DNA from: Craspedostauros australis
Taxonomy: Eukaryota
Length of the DNA stretch: 47,455 bases
Assembly: GCA_030167865.1 (NCBI GenBank)
Contig: JALAGF010000222.1
Span: 1-47,455, forward strand
Direction: 5' to 3'
How positions within the stretch are numbered: position 1 is the first letter of the stretch; the number at the start of each line of letters is the position of its first letter. The notes below the pieces were generated by a model that saw only the letters and a list, made by a program, of their open reading frames with translations, was not told where the DNA came from and ran no database searches. Positions 41,601-47,455 of the stretch are shown here, one piece after another. The translations under genes were made by a program, and so were the position numbers.

Positions 41601-44446
41601 TGGAATTGCGCTAATGCGAAAGCACGGCTGCAAGTGCATCACGGAACTCATCGCGAGCAATGATGCCATATTACCTGTCCTCGTCAAATTGCTCGCTGTG
41701 TGCATCCACGCTGTCATGGCCTGCACTGCAGCAGACATTGACCAAAATGCAATCGTGAAAGCTACCGTGGCAAACGACAAGCAACGATTCTTATCACTCT
41801 CGGTGCTGCAGCTTGTCGACTCGCTTTACGCGCTGTCACACCCCACAGCGTGGTGTTCTCAACGGCGAGATCCGCACACCGTGCTCAAGTCCATACTTCC
41901 ATTGCGCGACGCGCTAGCGACGTATATTCCGCTAACAGAGTACGTTTCTCGAGCCATCCTCACAACCTTGCAGCCGCAGCGATGGTGGAAGAGCTGCGAA
42001 GACACGGGAAATGCATCCATCTTCGTATCATCGATAGACCCAACAACCTGGAGATGCGTGCTGTTCGGTCTTTCCAACACACCACCACCAGACAAGACAA
42101 TCCGGCTGTCATCGTTGGGAAGAAACCTCCCACAATGTGAAGTTGATGCCATCTGGGCGATCCTGGCCTGCACGAACGTTCCCAACCGATTTCCAGATCT
42201 CAAATCGACCACCAGATGGCAGTTGATCGCTCGAATTTACGCGGCATGCACGAACTCGACGAGAGACGATAAGACGTTGCCACCTGGACAGAAACAACTG
42301 GCAACAGTTCAAGGTCACCTGCTGTATTTTGCGAAGCTCTTGGCAGGTGGTGCATTGGGGAGCGTTCCTCCTGTTGATACGCTGCTGGTGGAAACGATCA
42401 AAGCGGCAGTCTTTTTGCAGGTTGACAGTTTGATGTCTTGCACTGAGTCAACGCCGAATACAGCAACCGCGTCAATAGCATCAAACATCCCGAGTGCACT
42501 CACCTTGACCGCTCTGCAACACTGCCAATTGCCAAGCTGCAAGACCATCAATCGGCTCATCCACAAGTTCAGATCCATCAGACCGCCTGATTTCCGAAAG
42601 GAAATAGCTGTCTTGAAGCGGCTGGAGAAGGTGCTGCTTGGACCATCATCGAAGTCGCTCAAAGAGCAGGAGTCCTTGGCAACGGCGTCGGCACGTTTCG
42701 ACAGAATCGTGCTGCTGATGTTTCCAAAATCGCGCACGCTCGCCCTCTGTGGGTTGCTCTGTGCCCTGTGGATCTCGCGCGTGCCACAGAAGAAAGCGCG
42801 CCGGTCGAGGCTCTCCAAAGCTCTCAAGTCGTTGCGCGGGTCTTTCGTTGAGCGTATTGCCACAACCACAGCTTCGTACGATCAGGGTCCCACGGCACCC
42901 GAACTGACATTCGAGCAGGCGTTCGAGCATGTTGGCGCGGGTAGGACAAATCAACCTAAGCCTGGCGTCGTCAGCCTGCGGCACTTTGCTGCGATGCTGC
43001 TGGTGATTGAAAGTCTTGCGGCACAATCGCACGATGCGCCAGCAGAGAGTGCTCCCGTCACATTCGAGTTATGCCGACATGTATGGCAATTGGCCACGTC
43101 GGATCAATTTCGTTCCCGAACGGATGTGATGAGGACGCTGAGTATTGTCACGGGTACGGCCAAGTATCCATGCTCAATAGACGAGGTAGCTGTTGCATCG
43201 AAACTGATGGCTGTTCTTGCCACTGCTGCGATACAGCACTGCCAACTGCAGGCATCGCGCAGGATCGAGATTGAGAATGAAAACCAGGACTGTATCGACT
43301 TTACTATTTCGAAGATGGTCGATTGTCTTCGGTTGGCGGTGATTGCAGATGCAGGATCCAGCAAGGCAATTGGGGTAATCTGCCCACTGCTCGCATTCGT
43401 CTTCCGCAAGGCAACAGCCTTTGCGTTGACGATGCGCGAAGGGAACGATGGCATTCCCCAAACGCTGCGATCCTTGGCAACAAGGATTCGAACATCTCTT
43501 TGTGCTGAGATATGTCGGATGCTCCAAGAGAGATTGATCGCAGCGCAACCCGGCAAGCAGTCGCATTGCAGGATGGAAATCAGTGCGTTCACAATCGCAA
43601 TCGAATGTATGGCAGACTTTTCTTCTTGCGTACTTTGTGACGGTGTCAGTTTCGAAAGGAATGTAAAGACTTCTCCAACACCAACAGCATTGTCGACAGG
43701 CGCCAAATCAGACTCGCATGTAGATGTAGGAGATCGCGCAGAAACGCTGGACGACGAAGACGATTTCTTTGGCGGGCTGGATGATTCAGTTTTTGCAAAC
43801 ATGGAAGTCCCAGGTTTGGAACCAGCAACAGAAACACATCGCACACCAACAGCGACGATAGAAACAACGGCGGTGGCGGCGGCGCAAACCACAGTAGTAC
43901 ATGCAAAAGACGAAGAATCGTGGCAGATCAACGCCGATACCTCTGATTGCTGTCCACCATGGGAGCCGCTTATCGATATCATCGTCGCATCAAAGGTAGG
44001 TTTTGCAACAAGCTATGTTTCGCCCATGATTCTGCTCATCTGGATCTGCAGGTTTGTGTCTTTTGTATGAATCTCGGGTAGGACGGGTACCAATGTAGAC
44101 AAGGTGCCATATCTTTCCTTCAACTCACACGCGCATACAATTCCATCCGTATCTCCTGCGTGTACAGCCATCAAATCGGTTCCGCATCGCAACCGAGCAC
44201 CAACCTTCCGCGAAAGTCACGATGCCAAGCGCATCCAGCAAGGTCGTCGAACAGTCCCTGGAAGACATTTGCAGTTGCTTGAAGGCGGTCCTTGCCATCA
44301 ACATCCAGGGTGATCGAAGGCATTACGATGTGGCTGTCCAACGAATGGTGGATACTCCATCGTTTCCAATCGCCAATCATAGTTCGATAGACACTGGGTA
44401 CAGTCAGGCTATTCTTCGGTGTTTGGACAAAGTTGAGACAAGCTAG
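38692..44446 (+). CDS. Large hypothetical protein (~1860 aa): N-terminal Tudor-like barrel, Cys4 cluster, disordered middle, helical C-terminal half
   Basis: ORF 38692-43995, then intron 43996-44167 (AAG|GTAGGT...TACAG|CCA) joining in frame to 44168-44446. Motifs VGRMVEVASRTWPGMNKPGGVARV...VDVRYIVG and CKLCGSLRTDCGSC. The 3' end is uncertain. Confidence 0.75.
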
Positions 44447-44941
44447 ACTTCGACCATGTGTCTCCGTAGAGGTTTCATGCAAAACAGAACACCAGTATGC
44501 GACCCCTGCTGCCGCTGTTGCGACGGCTGTTGTACCATGCGAGTACCAGGGCATGCAATGAAAAAGGCAGGATATCCGCATCGATGAATGAATATAGCAA
44601 GCACACCGCACAGGTTCCTCGTGGAGATGGTCTCTGCTGGGGTCCAGTACTATATTCACAAATCCAGTCGGGGGACCGTCTACTCCGTTGCTGGTGTGGC
44701 TGTGTTTGTGTATGTAATTGTATGTATGGTACGTTCCTCTGGATCTTTGGGATTGCGCTTGCGCTTGCGCTAGGGTTGGTTGTGGGATGATGGTGACTTG
44801 GCTGGGCAGCGTTGGTGGATGGCCTTGCTCATCAAAATGCAGATATTTGGTAGAATGATCAGGGCGACCGCCAAGGTTTGGCTGGAACAACCAATCACTC
44901 GAGCACCGTCCTCTCAACGACTCAGGATAGGGGATTGTGCC

Positions 44942-45835
44942 CTAATTGAGCCACTGTTTACCACATCCTTCTACACTATCCATGATAGCAGCGATGATCT
45001 CAAAGCAAGCGAGTGGATTTGGTGCTGGACAGTCCAAGAGGGGGCAGCCGATGGTGCAGGTCAACGCGGTGTTTCCAGAGCGCATGTCCGTAGCGACACA
45101 AACCTCATATGAAAAGATAGTCACACATCTACCTCCTGGAATGACAAGATCGTTCGCGGAGATATCGCTGTTGGCCACGCCATCGCAGGCATCCTGAGAT
45201 ACACACGCATCAGTTCCAATGAAGAGACTTTCACGAATCTTGGAATTGCCTTTGTGGGCGTCCTCGCAGGAGCGGAATCCTTGACATACTCCTTCTCCAA
45301 TGATGATGTCGACGATGACAGGCGAAGACACACTCTGGTTGCAATGGCTTCCAAGATCTATGCAGCTCCTGATCCCGTTGCATGCTTTGTTCTCAGCACG
45401 GATAATGCTGCAGATGTTCTTTTCGAGGTTCAGGTAGCCGGAAACGCGGATGCATGAATTCCGCCCGATGATCTTACTACCAAGGATAGTGCCAGCACCC
45501 GGGCGATCCAAATGGAGCTGCCCAAAGCTGCTGCAAGAATTTTCCAATGTGCAACCGCCGAAGACCATGGCGTTCGAAACGATGTTAGTGAATGAACCGC
45601 TTGCTGTGTAGGCATCTGGAGTGATCATGAACGAATCACTGCTGGATGAGCAGCCTCCAGGTGGGCAGCAAGCATATCTCTCAGCAATGCATGCTGTTGT
45701 GGGCCTAACACCTCGTCCAGCCAGAATGACCCCAACGCCCTCTTGGAAGGCACCCAGGGTGGCAGCCATGAAGTCGGAGCATGTGCCGATGGCACCATCA
45801 CAAACGATTTTGGCGGCGGGGGGAGGGTTCCTCAT
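44942..45835 (-). CDS. Cys/Gly-rich repeat protein (~297 aa from ATG 45835), possibly 5'-truncated
   Basis: Open frame with recurring I-G-x-x-(S/A/V)-C and C-x-G-x-x-(S/A)-C units (IIGRNSC, KACNGIRSC, IGEGVCQGFRSC, IGTDACVSQDAC). No signal peptide is visible. Confidence 0.6.
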   Translation of the reverse strand: MRNPPPAAKIVCDGAIGTCSDFMAATLGAFQEGVGVILAGRGVRPTTACIAERYACCPPGGCSSSSDSFMITPDAYTASGSFTNIVSNAMVFGGCTLENSCSSFGQLHLDRPGAGTILGSKIIGRNSCIRVSGYLNLEKNICSIIRAENKACNGIRSCIDLGSHCNQSVSSPVIVDIIIGEGVCQGFRSCEDAHKGNSKIRESLFIGTDACVSQDACDGVANSDISANDLVIPGGRCVTIFSYEVCVATDMRSGNTALTCTIGCPLLDCPAPNPLACFEIIAAIMDSVEGCGKQWLN

Positions 45836-45856
45836 GTTGAATACACAGCGATCATA

Positions 45857-47455
45857 GTTTCGGAACTCCGACAAACCAAACCAAAGAAAAATAAAAACTA
45901 ATTAATACCCTAACACAACACAAACAACAGCAAAGCAAAATGACTTCGAACGACGAACCCAACACGAGCAACCGCGAAGAGACGAAGGCAGAAGATGGCC
46001 CAACCTTGCCACCTCCCACCAAGGAACCTGACAAACCTGCGAACCCAAGAGAGGACGATACAGGCAACCATCATCGCGCCCGACGACAAGCAAAAAGAGC
46101 CATCCCTTACGATGGAGGAACCGAGGAGAACGACCCCGACGACGTGTCCATCACCTACAAGCCAAGATCCAGCACGTTCAAGACCGCGGCCAACAAGACC
46201 GGCATCGACATCACGCCATTCGCACGAGCAACAGGAGACGGATCCATCGACAGATCAGCAAAAGCAGCATGGAGAGCCAGAGCAATCTGGTATAACAAGG
46301 ATGAGGCGACGGCCGACCGCGAAAACCCGACCATCAAACAGTGGGAGCACTTCTTCAGAGATCTCGCAGACGGAAGGGTCACATCATTCGGGCCCATCAC
46401 GCTGCCCAACAGAGACCCCACAAGAATGAGGCTCCTGCAATTCGTCATCAACGTTGCATCCACCGATCCCCACGAGGTATTCAAAGTACATCTCAACGAC
46501 GACGGCACGGTACGAACGGCAAGAGCAGTCAAAGTATGGAAGGCCGCGAATCGACTCATGGGCTCCAACTACGATCTGGGAGCAGCACCTCTCGCAGACA
46601 ACGACATCCACATCGACACAATGGAAGGCCTCACACTCCAGACGGAAGGCGCGGAAGCGAGCACAGCCAGGATGTCCACAAGCCAAGCATTTGCAGCCAT
46701 GCCAATCGACACAACCACGGGATCCATCAGCACAGACAGCGAGTCGTACACCAGCCGCCAGCCGTCCAAACGCACCAGATTCAAATCTCCGAAACAGACA
46801 ACCGACATGCCACGAGTCAGCCAGAACAGCACGAACAACTCGCAATCTTCAGGGACGACAAGCAGCAACGATTCGTCAACTGACTCAGGCGTGACCAGAC
46901 ACAGAAGTGGCCCTCGGAACCCTGCCAACCGCAAGCCGTCCACAGACGACAACTCCGTCAGCTCAGATGAGGAATCCAACACATCCCAGGCAAAGATAGC
47001 ACCACCGCGACACGAGCACACCACCAGATTCACAATCAAACTCAACGTCGACAGAACCGAAGACGACACCACAGCCGCAGTGCGAGAGCGCATCAAGCGA
47101 TGGTTCCGGCAGGTCCGACGAATCGATCCTACAGCGGTGATCCTCCCATGGAGAGAGTCGGCCAACACAGGTCCCCACATCGCCCACTCAGGACAAATTC
47201 CAGAGAGAATGGAGGACCTCAGAACCTTCTTTCAAGGATTGCGAGCGCCATCCGGGGCAACAGGAATCACGTACGCGAAAGTCCGCATCACCACCAGAGA
47301 TGATCCCTTCGACATCACGGCAGACCGCAACGCGGAGCTCAACCCATACTACTACAACGAGCATGAGGGATTGTACAAAGCCCAGCTCCAAGACGCAGAA
47401 GAGGTGAAAGAGATCGGCTTCCTACTATACTCTGGAGGATTCACAGACGTGGACA
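45857..47455 (+). mobile_element. Probable 5' part of a non-LTR retrotransposon (Ambal-like, tentative), truncated by the window edge
   Basis: Abrupt switch to A/C-rich, T-poor sequence at ~45860, a short A-rich leader, then an intronless ORF open to the edge. No RT or endonuclease domain lies in the window, so the class is inferred from my recollection of ORF1-like motifs. Confidence 0.55.
45940..47455 (+). CDS. ORF1-like protein, more than 505 aa, 3'-partial (absent from the ORF track because it has no stop in the window)
   Basis: Manual translation from CAAAATG at 45940: MTSNDEPNTSNREETK...HTTRFTIKLNV...WFRQVRRIDPTAVILPWRE...GLYKAQLQDAEEVKEIGFLLYSGGFTDVD, with no stop. Confidence 0.85.
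   Translation, partial: MTSNDEPNTSNREETKAEDGPTLPPPTKEPDKPANPREDDTGNHHRARRQAKRAIPYDGGTEENDPDDVSITYKPRSSTFKTAANKTGIDITPFARATGDGSIDRSAKAAWRARAIWYNKDEATADRENPTIKQWEHFFRDLADGRVTSFGPITLPNRDPTRMRLLQFVINVASTDPHEVFKVHLNDDGTVRTARAVKVWKAANRLMGSNYDLGAAPLADNDIHIDTMEGLTLQTEGAEASTARMSTSQAFAAMPIDTTTGSISTDSESYTSRQPSKRTRFKSPKQTTDMPRVSQNSTNNSQSSGTTSSNDSSTDSGVTRHRSGPRNPANRKPSTDDNSVSSDEESNTSQAKIAPPRHEHTTRFTIKLNVDRTEDDTTAAVRERIKRWFRQVRRIDPTAVILPWRESANTGPHIAHSGQIPERMEDLRTFFQGLRAPSGATGITYAKVRITTRDDPFDITADRNAELNPYYYNEHEGLYKAQLQDAEEVKEIGFLLYSGGFTDVD

Noticed and set aside
44447-44940. Possible further exons of the large Tudor-like gene
   Set aside because: I found no convincing donor before TAG 44444-44446, and the downstream frames lack clear protein-like continuity.
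45908-45913. CCCTAA telomere-like hexamer in the element leader
   Set aside because: Single copy, no tandem array.

Overview
Eukaryotic genomic DNA with GT-AG introns. The gene set and style point to a diatom or related stramenopile (inference). Both edges look like mobile elements. The left edge (<1-~2050, minus strand, two assembly gaps) is a decayed piggyBac/IS4-like DDE transposase with a probable intron. The right edge (~45857->47455) holds an open ORF, absent from the ORF track, that resembles ORF1 of a non-LTR retrotransposon. Between them, in order: two tandem giant low-complexity intronless ORFs (~2009 and 3289 aa) sharing a short helical module; a 4-exon RAB3GAP2-like gene; a small basic hypothetical gene; a 4-exon tandem-YccV/HspQ plus TPR gene; a 2-exon type III glutamine synthetase with a mitochondrial-type presequence; a 3-exon rhomboid protease; a CDK7/CDKD-like kinase; a ~1860 aa Tudor-like/Cys-cluster protein; and a Cys-rich repeat protein abutting the right-hand element. 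All family calls come from motif recognition by eye, with no database search. I saw no CRISPR, tRNA or rRNA features.
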